Source: Eledone cirrhosa
Taxonomy: Eukaryota
Length of the DNA: 64,000 nucleotides
Assembly (NCBI GenBank): GCA_964016885.1
Contig: OZ024743.1
Location: forward strand, 146,444,001 to 146,508,000
Reading direction: 5' to 3'
Shown: positions 40,870 through 53,180 of the stretch, piece after piece
How positions within the stretch are numbered: the stretch's first letter is position 1
Layout of the letters: each line of letters starts with the position of its first letter
Position numbers and translations under genes: made by a program
Notes under the pieces: model-generated
The model's input: the letters and a program-made list of their open reading frames with translations, nothing else
Databases searched by the model: none
What the model was told of the DNA's origin: nothing

Positions 40870-41700
40870 AACCAAAATTTGATCATTAAATTTATACGCT
40901 ATTAGTCATGTGTATATATTGTTTACATTGTATGTTGTCTGTGTGTTTATTTTAGCATTGTGTTATTAGCAATGCTTCCATAATTAATGGAATTATTTTT
41001 ATGGGGAATTGTATATAGTTATAATTGTATATATCCACTAATATTTTTTGGTGTGCGGTCTAGTGTGCTGCAATTGCATCCTGTTGGAAGTATATGGTGT
41101 GCCTACAAAACAGTATTGTACTTGTATGACCAATGTAACTGTTGGAGTCATGAAGTTTACTAGTTTCACTTTTACAATCAAAATATATAAATCACATTTG
41201 TAGCTCAGGTTTGTTGTTTGTAAGGAGGTTTTTGATTTTAGCATTTTTGTAGTATATTATTTATGTTAGTTTATGGTTTGGTGTAACGCATTTTGTGTTC
41301 CACCTTATGAGAGTTTTGAAAATGTGTTTGCTACTCAGTATCTAATTGATTCATATGTGTGATTTATGCATTTTTAAGGGGTGTAATGTTTGATGTATTT
41401 GTTGCATTGCAATCTGTGCATATATACATTCATAGCTTGGTTCCTCAGAATAGCTGTTTTTAATTAGCATTTCTTTTATACCAAAGATTTCATTGTCTAG
41501 TACTCCATTTTGGGGAGAGAATTTAAAGGATCTTCTAAGTAGGTATTTCACCACTGATGTTTTGTGGCTGAGGGGATATTCACAGTCTTCATATAAGTAT
41601 AAACATGTATTTCGGTATATATCTATATCTATATATATAAAACCAAAGATTAATATGGTTTGTTGATTATTCAACAAATACAATTTTACAATAGATTAGA
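40870..41700 (-). pseudogene. Penelope-like element fossil (post-RT region and GIY-YIG endonuclease)
   Basis: YPLSHKTSVVKYLLRRS...EIFGIKEMLIKNSYS; NLSYKC...SYIGHTSTIL; LIMEALLI...INTQ. Confidence 0.7.
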
Positions 41701-41791
41701 AGCACTCGACAGCAGATTTTCCTGGAGTATTTAATATTATTCAAAATATTAATAAATAAAAAATATTCTCATAATCAAAATATATATTTTA

Positions 41792-41860
41792 TTATATTTT
41801 ATTATACATATTTGAAAGGTACAATGGTGTTTAAGTACCTTTTCATCAGACAAAATATAA
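41792..41860 (-). ncRNA. Degenerate hammerhead (GAAA>CAAA), same family as 3069-3131
   Basis: ttatattttgt-CTGATGA-aaaggtac..gtaccttt-CAAA-tatgta-TA-ataaaatataa, immediately upstream of the Penelope fossil on the same strand. Confidence 0.65.
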
Positions 41861-42096
41861 GATTTGATATGCGACATACCGCTACGGTTTTGATTATTCA
41901 ATTCCAGTAGTGGCAGTGATTTATTTCACCAACTCTCAGCGTTTTTATACCACAAATATATATATGTATATATATATATATGTATGTATATATGTATGTA
42001 TGCATGTATATATATATATATATATAATCAAGGTTTAGCAAATAAGAAAAAGTTTCAAAATAAATTTAAAAAAATTAACTTTACTTACTATAGTTA

Positions 42097-42178
42097 CCTT
42101 TACCGAATCGGTTTCGAATCTCAAAAATAAACGGAGTCCATACGGCCTTCGTTGCAAAGAAAGATTCTCGTCAGAAGG
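42097..42178 (-). ncRNA. Intact-looking type-I hammerhead ribozyme
   Basis: cctt-CTGACGA-gaatct..agattc-GAAA-ccgattcgg-TA-aagg; all core nucleotides and stems present. Confidence 0.8.
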
Positions 42179-42918
42179 ATCTTTTCATTCGAAGAATATA
42201 AAATTCTCGAATTCAAATTATGAACTGGCGCTATTCAAAATATATATATATCTGTTTTCAATATATATATATATCTGTATATATATTAATCTGTTAAAAT
42301 AACAGATTAAAGTTTAAGCAAAGAGTCACTGCTTTCACCCTTAACAGGATCTTCTGAAACTAAAAAAGTCAATCTGTGAACGCAGAAGTAAATATTTCAA
42401 AAAACGTTGCAACCGAAGGAAGACAGGAAGACGATACTTTGGTTCGTGGAAACGTTCCCTGGCAAAGAACGAAAAAAAATGAAGATAATACGTTATTATT
42501 TGGAGCGGTGAAAACAATTACACGCAAAGACAATACCACGTTTATGGTATAAATGAAGTCGTAGACTAAAATTCTATTTAGGAAACCGAATGATTCTTGG
42601 CTTCAGAGTTAAGAATAAAGTAAATAAAATACAGAGGTAATTGAAATTAAATATATACATACACGCATCCATATACGTACATATACAAGCATACGTGAAA
42701 ACACATGCCATGGGTATGCAAATATAAGCACATACACAAAAAACACACACGCACATACAGAACCCACGCAACGCTGGTACCCACACACATACGAACGTAT
42801 ACACCAAACTTTAATCTGTTATTTTAATAAATATTTGCTCTACGGTTCTTATATATTTGATATATATTTATCATTATCGAGCCCCTCTTTGGATTTTAGT
42901 CTTCAAATTTATTATTAT

Positions 42919-42961
<43 letters not shown>

Positions 42962-43834
42962 CAGACAGTAGATTGCTGCATTAAGTGGTGCCGAAACTCA
43001 AGTATGAGTATAGATTGAAGGTACCCATTTACATGTGTGTTGTGTTAAAGCAAATAACTATGTGTCTACTCTGGGAGTTGACTTAACATTACCTATTGAG
43101 TATGCTGAGATGCAATCGGTACTAGCAGTGAAACCCATGCTAGTCTTGTCAACCTACTATTATATATATATATATTTATATATATACATTAACACCTCCT
43201 TCGTCATATACTAATCCTGACTGGCATAGTTTTTATTCTTGTTCACCCGTCCTTCTACATATAAAACTTTATATGGACAAACTATATTTACCAGTGATGA
43301 TATGAACGTAAGAGAACTATATGAAGATGATCATGACTATGATGTTTATGATGTTTATGTTGATTATTACAACACTGGTGATAATGAGGATGATAATAAT
43401 GACGAGGATGATGATAAAAATGACGATTATAAGGATGATTTATATCTTTTCATATCTAATAAAAGAAAACAAATCATGGGGAATCTACTAAAATAGCTAT
43501 GGTGAAAATATTATTTATACAGTTTATAAAATTTTTATCCCATCCATTCTTTTTTATTTAATGACTTTGATTAGTATTGGCTGGTGGAATATACTATGAT
43601 AGGGGTAAAAACAAGCAAAACATACAGCAAAATAGAAGAAATAAAACAAAAACAAATACTGATTAGTATTAGTTCCCTATAAAAAGACAAAATAGAATAA
43701 ATATTTAATATATTATAAAAGAACTCACTATATATATATATATATATATCATCATCATCATCATCATCATTTTACGTCCGTTTTTCCCTGCTTGCAAGGA
43801 TATATATATAGATGCAAATAAACACATACACCTC

Positions 43835-43898
<64 letters not shown>

Positions 43899-43955
43899 TT
43901 ACTATTGTTACATTAATACATAAACACATACATACACATGCACACACAGACACAC

Positions 43956-44015
<60 letters not shown>

Positions 44016-44102
44016 GTGTGTGTATGTATGTGTTTATGTATTTATGTAACAATAGTTAGGTGATATATATATAGGTGTGTATGTATGCATATATGTATAT
44101 AG

Positions 44103-44147
<45 letters not shown>

Positions 44148-44250
44148 CTAAAGAACTAAAGAAAAATATCTATATCCATATATATCTATATCTATCTATC
44201 TATCTACCTTTCTCTATATATATACATTATATATATATATAAATATACAT

Positions 44251-44281
<31 letters not shown>

Positions 44282-45439
44282 AGAGAGAGAGAGAGAGAGT
44301 ATTAAGAAAATCCTAAATAAAGTAATTAGCAGAAAAATAAAATTAACAAAATTCAACAAGAATATAAGCTTTCAAGCATTCTTCTTCGTTCCTGCTGCCC
44401 TGTCTGTCTCTCTTTCAACCCCCCCTTCTCTCTCTCTCGCTCGCTCTCTCTTTTCTCTTTATCCTGGAAAACACCCTAAAGTATAGAATATGGAACAGCA
44501 AAGCCAAAACGTGTATAGATATAAAAATCAAAGACAACAAAATCGTTGTGTAGCTAAAAAACAAAAAAACAAAAGCAAACATGAAAGCAAGAAAAATGAA
44601 CAAAAATGGTAAGATAGCATTAATGGTTGGGAAAGTGTTTGTACAAATGGATCTATCAGCAAATTTCCTGATTCTTGCTTCCATCTCCATTAGCATAACA
44701 ACAAGCATGTAACTTTTGTCAGGGTTGTTTGGCAAATCGTCATGCATGGTTAGGAAATGGCCTTCCTTCCTGCCTTTTTGCTACTCTTTCTTTTATTTTC
44801 ATTCTTTCTTTATCTTTTTACAACATTTTGTTTTATTTCTCTTGTATTTTTTTTCATATTTTATTTTTCTCTTTCTGTTTTCTCTCTTTTCTCTTCCCAT
44901 TTCTTTCTTCTCTTCTTTTTATTTCCTACATTATCTTTCTTCTCTTCTTTTTATTTCCTACATTATCTTTCTTTTCTTTTTTCTTCTCCTCATTTTCCTT
45001 CTTTTTCACTTACAAATCGTTCCTTTCACTTTTTCTTCACTATTTCTCTTTCAAATTCTTTCCTTCAAATCTTTCTTTTCTATATTTTCTTCTTTCTTCA
45101 AGTCTTTTCTGTTTATTCAAATTCTCATTTTCTGTCAGTTTTTTTCTTTCAATTTCTTTCCCTCTTTCATTTATATTTCTTTTAAATTGTTTTCTTTCCT
45201 TCAATGTCTATCTTTCTGTCTGCCATTTTTCTGTACTTGGGTTACTTTTTGCTTTATGTATAACAGGAAGATTGTTGTGGCTTAGGCTATGATATGGATT
45301 ATAGGGATGGATGCTCTTATGTGTGTATATGTGTGTGTGATGGCTTTGTGGATAGATGGATAATGATGTTGGAAACAAGGGATTAGAGCTTCAAATGTAT
45401 CTCATTGGATTTCTCACAGAAGCAGAAGAAACTAAACCC

Positions 45440-45522
45440 TTCTTCTTCTTCTTCTTCTTCTTCTTCTTCTTCTCCCTCCAACAACAGCAATGGCAACCAT
45501 GATGGCGATAACAGCAGCAGCA

Positions 45523-45612
<90 letters not shown>

Positions 45613-45702
45613 ACTACTACTACCACCACCACCACCACCACCACCACTACCACTACTACCACCACCACCACCACTACCACTACTACTACCACCACCACCA
45701 CC
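45440..45702. repeat. Compound trinucleotide microsatellite (TTC)(CAG)(CTA)(CTG)(CCA)
   Basis: Direct reading of sequence. Confidence 0.95.
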
Positions 45703-45774
45703 AATGTTTATTGGGTGTTTCGACCTTCGAACATAACACCCTCTTGCTGGTGGGTCAGCAATGGTGGCCAAATT

Positions 45775-45935
45775 ACTGCCCATCTTCACCTCCTGGCTTT
45801 CAGCTTATCTCCTCTTTCCTTCTTAAAAGCCAACAAGAGGCCCTTTTTGCTATCTGCCCCAGGAAGTGACTCTTGTTGGCTTTTGGAACAGGAGAGAGGA
45901 GATAAGTTGGAAGCCAGGAGGCAAAGATGGGCAGT
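45775..45935 (+). repeat. Long imperfect hairpin (~65-bp arms)
   Basis: actgcccatctt..cctcctggctttcagcttatctcctct..aaaagccaacaagag / ctcttgttggctttt..agaggagataagttggaagccaggagg..aagatgggcagt. Confidence 0.85.
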
Positions 45936-46399
45936 CTAGTGAAAGAATTGGAAGATTAACAAAGGGTAGTGTACAATATAACTACTGTAGTCTTGAGATA
46001 GAAATAAGAAAGACAGTTCCCCAATTAGACAGACAATTGATTCATGTATGATTGCTTTTCATCTTATGAATTTGATGATGGTTTTGATGATTTGATCTCT
46101 AATGATCTCTAGAACATTCCAGTTATGATAATTCCATCTTATTTTATAATGTGCCTTATCCTTCCATGGTAGTGTGTAATTTGAGGGAGATTTGGCTGCT
46201 ACTTCTAGCAGGTTGATTGACTATATAAAGACTTCTTCATTGCTGCTGTCATTGTTGTTTGTGGTGGTTTGTCAGTCTTGGTGTTATTTTTGATGAATGA
46301 ACATGACTGTAAAATGCAAACTCAACTAAAAGTAAATATATAGAAACAATTTACACCACAACAGTCTTGGCAGTAAGCTAAAGCTTTAATGTGGTAACC

Positions 46400-47530
46400 G
46401 GGAATTTGGAGGATATAAAAAAATGAATAAACTAGACAAAAACAAGAAAACTATTGACAACATTTAAACTACATCACTCAAAAGTTGACACACATCAAGT
46501 ATGTATTTATAGGCAAAATGGTGGAAACAGCATTGTGCAGCTTGAAATGGTAGACAGTTATCTTGAAAAAAAAATCAAGATATTTTACTACAAGAAGCTG
46601 TTAAATATGACAAAAGCAAAAGTTTGCACTAGTATATGAAGTAACACAGCAATATTTAACAGAAGTAGGTACTGCACTCATAGATTCACAGAAAAACAAA
46701 CAAAAACAATTCAAAACACAATGGGGTCTACATAAGCAAGTAGTGCAGAAAGGGCAGATAGACCAAAAAGAGTTAAATAATGAATTAGATGATCAAAAAT
46801 ATGAACACATCATGGGAACTGAAAAACCTCTGGATAATTGTGAAAATGATAAACTATGTAGGATTGTGACAAATAACAGGTCACATCTGGCTCCAAGAAT
46901 AGCAACTGAAAGGAGAGACAAAAGGCTTGATAATTGCAGCTCAGGACCAATGTCTGCCAACTAGATGTTACCCAAGGTATATTTTGAAGTACAATACCAA
47001 GCCAGAATGCCACATGTAGTAAAGGTTTGGTGAGGTCATTGGTCACATACTAACTGGGTGCTACAGACAAGTTTCATCAGAATATACCAGAAGATATGAC
47101 AGGGTCATTACATACTATCAAGAGATGAAGGCAATAGCTGCAGAAAAATGGCTTAAGGATTTACCAGAGATGGTGGTAAAAAATGAAAATGGTGGGATTA
47201 TCTGGGATATTTAAGAACACACAGTCAAGGAGATAAGAATGAACCGATAGAACATCAGTATGAATGATAAGAGAACCAAACATTGTAGACTAATTGATGT
47301 GGCTTACCTTCATGAATAACATCTCAGTAAAAGAGGCTGTAAAACTCTTTAAATATAACAACTTAAATATTGAAATATATGGAATATAAACAAGGATAGT
47401 CCTTATTATTAAAGAAACATAGTATGAAAAAAAGGAATCAAAGAATTTCCTTGGAGACTTTCCATATATGAAGTCCAAGAAATAACACATCTGGGAAGTG
47501 CCCATATTCTATGTAAAATTATTTATAAAG
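46400..47530 (+). pseudogene. Highly decayed R4/Dong-like RLE retrotransposon 3' half
   Basis: FKLHHSKVDTHQVCIYRQNGGNSIVQLE, NE..GIIWD, LIDVA, NISVKEAVKLFKY, EVQEITHLGSAHIL; followed by (TAA)n at ~47610-47678. Confidence 0.7.
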
Positions 47531-47607
47531 TAAAGAAGAAATATATATATAAACAAGTCTATTCTACAGGAAGTCTATGGTAGAACAGTGTACTTGCATA
47601 CTTAATG

Positions 47608-47678
<71 letters not shown>

Positions 47679-48539
47679 GGGAAGAAGACGCACGAGGTGA
47701 CGGAGGTCATGAAATCGCTCCCGTAAGTTTTGAATTTTTAACATATTTAAACCATTTGTGAAATAACAACTCTTAGTACAAATGCTACGTAAAGCACCCG
47801 GCTTGAGCCCCAAAAAATTCGGACCCAAAATATATTGTTATAAGGCTCAAATATTCAAATATTCAACTTTGTATTGTACACTGTATATCCAAAAAAGAAA
47901 ATGGCTATAAATGGAAGAAGAACCCCCCCCCCCTCCTCCTCTGTATACAATATATAGAACAGCCAAACTCACCAACACCAGAAACTAGATACACCACCCA
48001 CCCTATCACCTGTGTACACTAAACCACCACCGATCACTACGGCCATCATTACAACCATTATCCCATCACCGCCGCCACCACCCCTTCACTCCTTCACTGC
48101 TGCCACCGCTACAGCACCATCGCTACAGTAATACGGTCACATCACCGCCACCACTGTCTCGGTATCGACATCACCACCACCACTGTCTCAGTATCGCTAC
48201 CGCCGCCAGTCTCCCACTTCTTCTTTTAGCTGGCTGCTGCCACCACATTATAGAATCCCTACTGCTAAAAAAGAGGAAGGCATCAAAATATATAGATAGA
48301 CTCAAAAGAAAAAAGAAAAAATAAACAACAAAAGCAGCACAGCAACAACAGTAAAAAACGAGAAAAACAGAGAAAAACAAAAACAAAAAAAGAAACCCCC
48401 AAAACGTAAAGAAAATAAGAATGAAGAGAGAGGCAGGCGGACGGACAGAGAAGAGGGGGGAAAAAGTAAAACTTAAAAAACAAAAACTAAGTCAGACATT
48501 CGAATACTACATTACAATGAAACTTATGCTTATTCATTT

Positions 48540-51500
48540 TTGGGGCCCTTTCTGCCCGTGTGTTTGTTTGTTTATGTGTGTCCGTATACAGCGTGGTGAT
48601 AATGCCACACAAGGGCCAAGTGGGATGGCGGATCCACAGATGGCTATGTAAACATACATTCGCCAATCCTCGATAAGAGTGTTTAAATATCGAACATAAA
48701 CAGTTCGAATAACGGTGAAATGGAGACTAGAACGTCATGTGACAGACTCTCACCCAACAGGTGCCCCCTGGCTCAGCAGCAGGAACCTGACTGTCAACGA
48801 AATACTGCTGATGTTGGAGGAAGAAGAAGAAGGAAAGGGGCCAGAACCAACTGGACGAAAGAATTGAATAGAACTGTTATGCAATGCTACCTGAAAAGTA
48901 ACCCCAAGGAGAGGGGCTACAGGAGACGGATGCATAACATCTGGAACGAGATTGGTTTATTTAAATTAGATGAACAAAAATTGGCCGGGCAGGCTCGGGT
49001 AATAAGAACTAATGGGTGGATAAGCGAGCTGGAACTGGAGGAACTGAGCAGAGAGAATGGCTTGGAGATGGCGGGTGTAGTATGCCAGACAAGCGAGCCG
49101 GCGGGAAATGAAGGTGAGGAGGTCCTGAGAGCGGAGGAACCACCCGAAGCAGACAATGATCTGAATACTGAGATAAATAATACCTGGAACAGAGATACGG
49201 CCACTGAGGAGATGAATGCTGACGGGCTAGGACAAGATTCGGTTGACATCCTAAATTTAGTGGTAGATGAGTTGAACAATGATAGTGGGAGACCTATGAA
49301 CCTAAGATTTGTAGACAGGAAAAAGTTAAAAGAAACAACAGCTAAGGTAAACAAAGTCATCCCATACCTTGAGGCGAGGAGTCTTCACCAGTGCAACAAT
49401 ATCCTCAAAGCAACAGCAAATACGGTGAGGAAACTACTTGGTATAAAAGCGAGAGGAAACAACAGACAAGAAAGAGCAGAGCCGTGGTGGAAGAAGCGAC
49501 TGAGTGGGCAAATCGGGGAAATGAGAAATGACATAGGAAAGCTTGAGTCACTACTGAATGGGACACTAAAAAACATAGGCACTAAAAATAGACTGGAAAT
49601 AAAATACAAAACTAGGAGTAAAAAGCTAAATATTATCATAGAGGAATTGAAGCAACGCATTGTAGCAAAGAGTGCCAAAATCAGGCGATACGAGAACAGA
49701 GTCAGTCAGTATAAACAGAACCGCATGTTCGACAACAACCAGAAGATGCTGTTTGGACAGCTTGAGGGGAAAGAAAGAGGCACCGACTTGATCCCTGGGG
49801 CGGAACAAGCTAAAACATTCTGGAGAGGAATATGGGAGCAGGATGTTAGACACAATGCCCAGGCAGGGTGGATTGAGACAGTACAGAGGGAGATCGGTGA
49901 GCAGGCACAGCAACAGACTGATTTGAGTATCACAGTTGAAACTCTTAAGGGGCAAGCCAAAAAACTAACCAACTGGAAATCACCAGGCCCAGATGGTGTG
50001 CAGGGGTATTGGATTAAACATTTAACATCCCTCCACCCGAAGCTGACGGCCATGTTCAATGACTGCTTGGTGTCGGGTGAGGTGCCAGAGTGGTTGACAA
50101 AAGGTACCACAGTTCTGATAATGAAAGACCGAATCAAGGGTAATGATGTTACCAACTATAGACCTATCACATGTCTGCCCGTAATGTGGAAACTGTTGAC
50201 GAGCATTGTGTCTGAGGAAATCTACCATCACCTCCACACAAACAACTTGTTGCCGGACGAACAGAAAGGATGCCGAAAGAAGTCACGTGGTACAAAGGAC
50301 CAGTTGCTTATTGATAAGATGGTAATGGGGAATTGCAGGAGGAGACACACTGATCTTGCCATGGGATGGATAGACTACAGAAAGGCATTTGACATGGTGC
50401 CTCATTCCTGGATCACCAAAAGCCTGGAGATCTTCAGGGTGGCAGATAACATCAGAGAGTTGCTGGGCAGGAGTATGGGGTCCTGGGAGACAGAGTTGAC
50501 ATCAACTGGAGTATCCTTGGGAAGCGTGAAGATCAAGAGAGGTATCTTCCAGGGAGATAGCCTGTCCCCTCTGTTGTTTGTCCTTGCCCTGATGCCCTTG
50601 ACCATTATGCTGCGAAAAGTGAGAGCAGGATACAAGTTGGGAAGGGGAGAGCTTACCATCAATCACCTCCTCTTCATGGACGATCTTAAGCTCTTCGGGA
50701 AAAGTGAGAAGGAGTTGGATGTGCTTGTTGACACTGTCCGTATTTTCAGCAGTGATATATGTATGCAGTTTGGTATTGGTAAATGTGGAGTCATTGTGAT
50801 GAGGAGGGGTAGGTTGAGCAGAAGTAACGGGATCCAGATACCAACAGGTGAGATGATAAAGGAAATTGACTCTGAGGAAGGATACAAGTATTTGGGCGTT
50901 CTGGAGGCTGATGGCATAAAGAACAAAAAAATGAAGGAATTGTTAAGAACTGAATACATTCGGAGAGTAAGGAGCGTATTGAAGTCACATCTGAACAGCA
51001 GAAATGCCATAAGCGCAGTAAATTCCCGAGCTGTGTCTATTATTAGGTACAGTGCGGGAATTCTGAGATGGAATGTTGCTGAACAAAAAGAAATGGATAG
51101 GAAGACTAGGAAGCTATTGACTATCTACAACATGTTCCACAAGAGGAGTGATGTCGATAGACTCTACCTAAGGAGATCTGAGGGTGGAAGAGGTCTTATC
51201 AGCATAGAGGACTGTGTTCAGATGGAGAAAAACAACCTATACAAATACGTGACCTATAGTAAGGAGCCAATGCTCAGAGCTGTACTGAAGGAGGGGAGAG
51301 TAGGCCAGGGGATACCCAAGGAGGAAATAACATCAAGGAGGAAGAGCAGCCTTAAGGGAAAATCCCTTCATAGTACCTTCTTTGAGAAAACTGAATTTAG
51401 AGATCCACAGACATGGAACTGGTTGAGAAGAGGAGACCTCAAAAAGGCTACAGAAGGAATGCTAATGGCTGCGCAGGAGCAGGCCCTCAAAACGAAGTGG

Positions 51501-52224
51501 TTGAAGCACCATATCTACAAGGAGGAGGCTAGCCCACTGTGCAGGATCTGTGGAGAGAGAGAGGAGACTGTGGCTCACATTGTGTCCGAGTGTAAACACC
51601 TAGCCCAGACCCACTATAAGGGCTGGAGACACGATGTGATGGGCAGGGTGATCCACTGGCACCTGTGCAAAGTAAACAATCTACCACATTCTGAGAAATG
51701 GTATGAGCATAGGCCAGAGGCGGTGATGGAGAACAGTCAGGTGAAGGTGCTGTGGGATTTTAGGATACAGACGGACAAAAAACTGGAACACAATAGACCT
51801 GACCTGGTGGTTGTGGACAAAGAAAAAAGATCGTGCCTGATTGTGGATGTGGCCTGCCCGTTCGACACGAGAGTGCAAGAGAAGGAGAGGGAGAAAATTA
51901 ACCGATACCAGGACCTAAAGTGGGAGGTGAAAAGGATTTGGAACTGCCATGAAGTCAAAGTGATCCCGATTGTCATAGGCGCACTGGGGACTATCTCCAA
52001 AGGTTTCCAGGGATGGTTAAAGAAAATCGGCCCCTTCACGCTTTTTGGAACGCTTCAAAAGGCATGCTTGCTTGGAACGGCAAGAACCCTCCGATACGTC
52101 CTGAATATCTGAGGCTGCAGGTAGTGGCTTGATATTCAATCCAACGGACTTTCCAGTTAACCAACATCAATGACTGAGATTCAAGGAATAACAATAACAA
52201 TAATAATAATAATAATAATAATAA
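48540..52224 (+). mobile_element. R4/Dong-like non-LTR retrotransposon, apparently complete (5' boundary approximate)
   Basis: Single long ORF, ~75-nt 3' UTR and (TAA)n tail; 5' UTR homologous to the second copy. Confidence 0.9.
48720..52112 (+). CDS. 1130-aa RT + CCHC + restriction-like endonuclease protein (R4/Dong clade)
   Basis: N-terminal W..ELN..VMQCY..S.P...GY..RM...W domain; SPGPDG, YRPITCL, DYRKAFD, GIFQGDSLSPLLF, FMDD, YKYLG; CRICGEREETVAHIVSEC; RHD; RPDLVVVD..IVDVACP..EKINRY. Confidence 0.95.
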   Translation: METRTSCDRLSPNRCPLAQQQEPDCQRNTADVGGRRRRKGARTNWTKELNRTVMQCYLKSNPKERGYRRRMHNIWNEIGLFKLDEQKLAGQARVIRTNGWISELELEELSRENGLEMAGVVCQTSEPAGNEGEEVLRAEEPPEADNDLNTEINNTWNRDTATEEMNADGLGQDSVDILNLVVDELNNDSGRPMNLRFVDRKKLKETTAKVNKVIPYLEARSLHQCNNILKATANTVRKLLGIKARGNNRQERAEPWWKKRLSGQIGEMRNDIGKLESLLNGTLKNIGTKNRLEIKYKTRSKKLNIIIEELKQRIVAKSAKIRRYENRVSQYKQNRMFDNNQKMLFGQLEGKERGTDLIPGAEQAKTFWRGIWEQDVRHNAQAGWIETVQREIGEQAQQQTDLSITVETLKGQAKKLTNWKSPGPDGVQGYWIKHLTSLHPKLTAMFNDCLVSGEVPEWLTKGTTVLIMKDRIKGNDVTNYRPITCLPVMWKLLTSIVSEEIYHHLHTNNLLPDEQKGCRKKSRGTKDQLLIDKMVMGNCRRRHTDLAMGWIDYRKAFDMVPHSWITKSLEIFRVADNIRELLGRSMGSWETELTSTGVSLGSVKIKRGIFQGDSLSPLLFVLALMPLTIMLRKVRAGYKLGRGELTINHLLFMDDLKLFGKSEKELDVLVDTVRIFSSDICMQFGIGKCGVIVMRRGRLSRSNGIQIPTGEMIKEIDSEEGYKYLGVLEADGIKNKKMKELLRTEYIRRVRSVLKSHLNSRNAISAVNSRAVSIIRYSAGILRWNVAEQKEMDRKTRKLLTIYNMFHKRSDVDRLYLRRSEGGRGLISIEDCVQMEKNNLYKYVTYSKEPMLRAVLKEGRVGQGIPKEEITSRRKSSLKGKSLHSTFFEKTEFRDPQTWNWLRRGDLKKATEGMLMAAQEQALKTKWLKHHIYKEEASPLCRICGEREETVAHIVSECKHLAQTHYKGWRHDVMGRVIHWHLCKVNNLPHSEKWYEHRPEAVMENSQVKVLWDFRIQTDKKLEHNRPDLVVVDKEKRSCLIVDVACPFDTRVQEKEREKINRYQDLKWEVKRIWNCHEVKVIPIVIGALGTISKGFQGWLKKIGPFTLFGTLQKACLLGTARTLRYVLNI

Positions 52225-52407
52225 TTGTTTCTACTTTAGGCACAAGGCCAGCAATTACCCAGTTCATTACTGGTACTTTATTTTATCGACCCCGTAAGGA
52301 TGAAAGGCAAAGTCAACCTCGGCGGGATTTGAACTCGGATCGTAAAGAGACGTAACTATGCTGGATTGGCAGTACCGTAAAGAGACGATACTGCCAATCC
52401 ACCGCCC

Positions 52408-52455
<48 letters not shown>

Positions 52456-53080
52456 TGGCAGGATTTGTGCTAGGACCATAAAGAGCAGATGCTGATGATA
52501 ATAATAATTGTATCTGCTTCTGGCACAGGGCCAGCGATTGACCATAAATTGTAGATGCTGATGATGATGGTGGTTGATTCTGCTTTTGTCACGGGGTCGG
52601 CAATTATCCCAGTGTGTTGCTGGGGCTCTGTTTTATCAACTCCGTAAGATCATAATAATTGTTTCTACTTTAGGCACAAGGCCAGCAATTACCCAGTACA
52701 TTACTGGTACTTTATTTTATCGACCCGTAAGGATGAAAGGCAAAGTTAACCATGGCGGGATTTGAACTCAGACTGTAAAGGGACGTAGCTATGCTAGAAA
52801 GCATGGCGTCCGACCCTCTACCGATACTGCCAATTCACAATAATGACTTATAAACAGGATTCACATTAGGAAAACATTAAAAACAGCACAAAAATAATTG
52901 TTTCTACTTTTGGCACAAAGCCAGCAATTATCCCAGTGTATTACTGGTACTTTATTTTATCAACCGTGTAAGGATGAAAGGCAAAGTTAACCTCGGCAGG
53001 ATTTGAACTCAGACCATAAAGGGCCGTAACTCTATGCTGCAAAGCATGGTGTCCGACACTCTACCGATACTGCCAATCCA
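52225..53080 (-). mobile_element. Cluster of SINE family B copies (52225-52406, 52659-52838, 52897-53080)
   Basis: Each matches 28028-28211 and abuts AAT repeats. Confidence 0.85.
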
Positions 53081-53180
53081 ATAATGATAGACAACTGTCA
53101 CATAAATTGCCCCAAAACTTATTTTAATTTTTAATTTTTAATTTATTTATTTTCGTCTACAACGTCTACACGGCTAAAAA

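Noticed and set aside
43239-43496. Asp-rich ORF
   Set aside because: Degenerate (GAT)n repeat.
44415-45292. Phe/Leu-rich membrane-like ORFs
   Set aside because: Polypyrimidine low-complexity tract.
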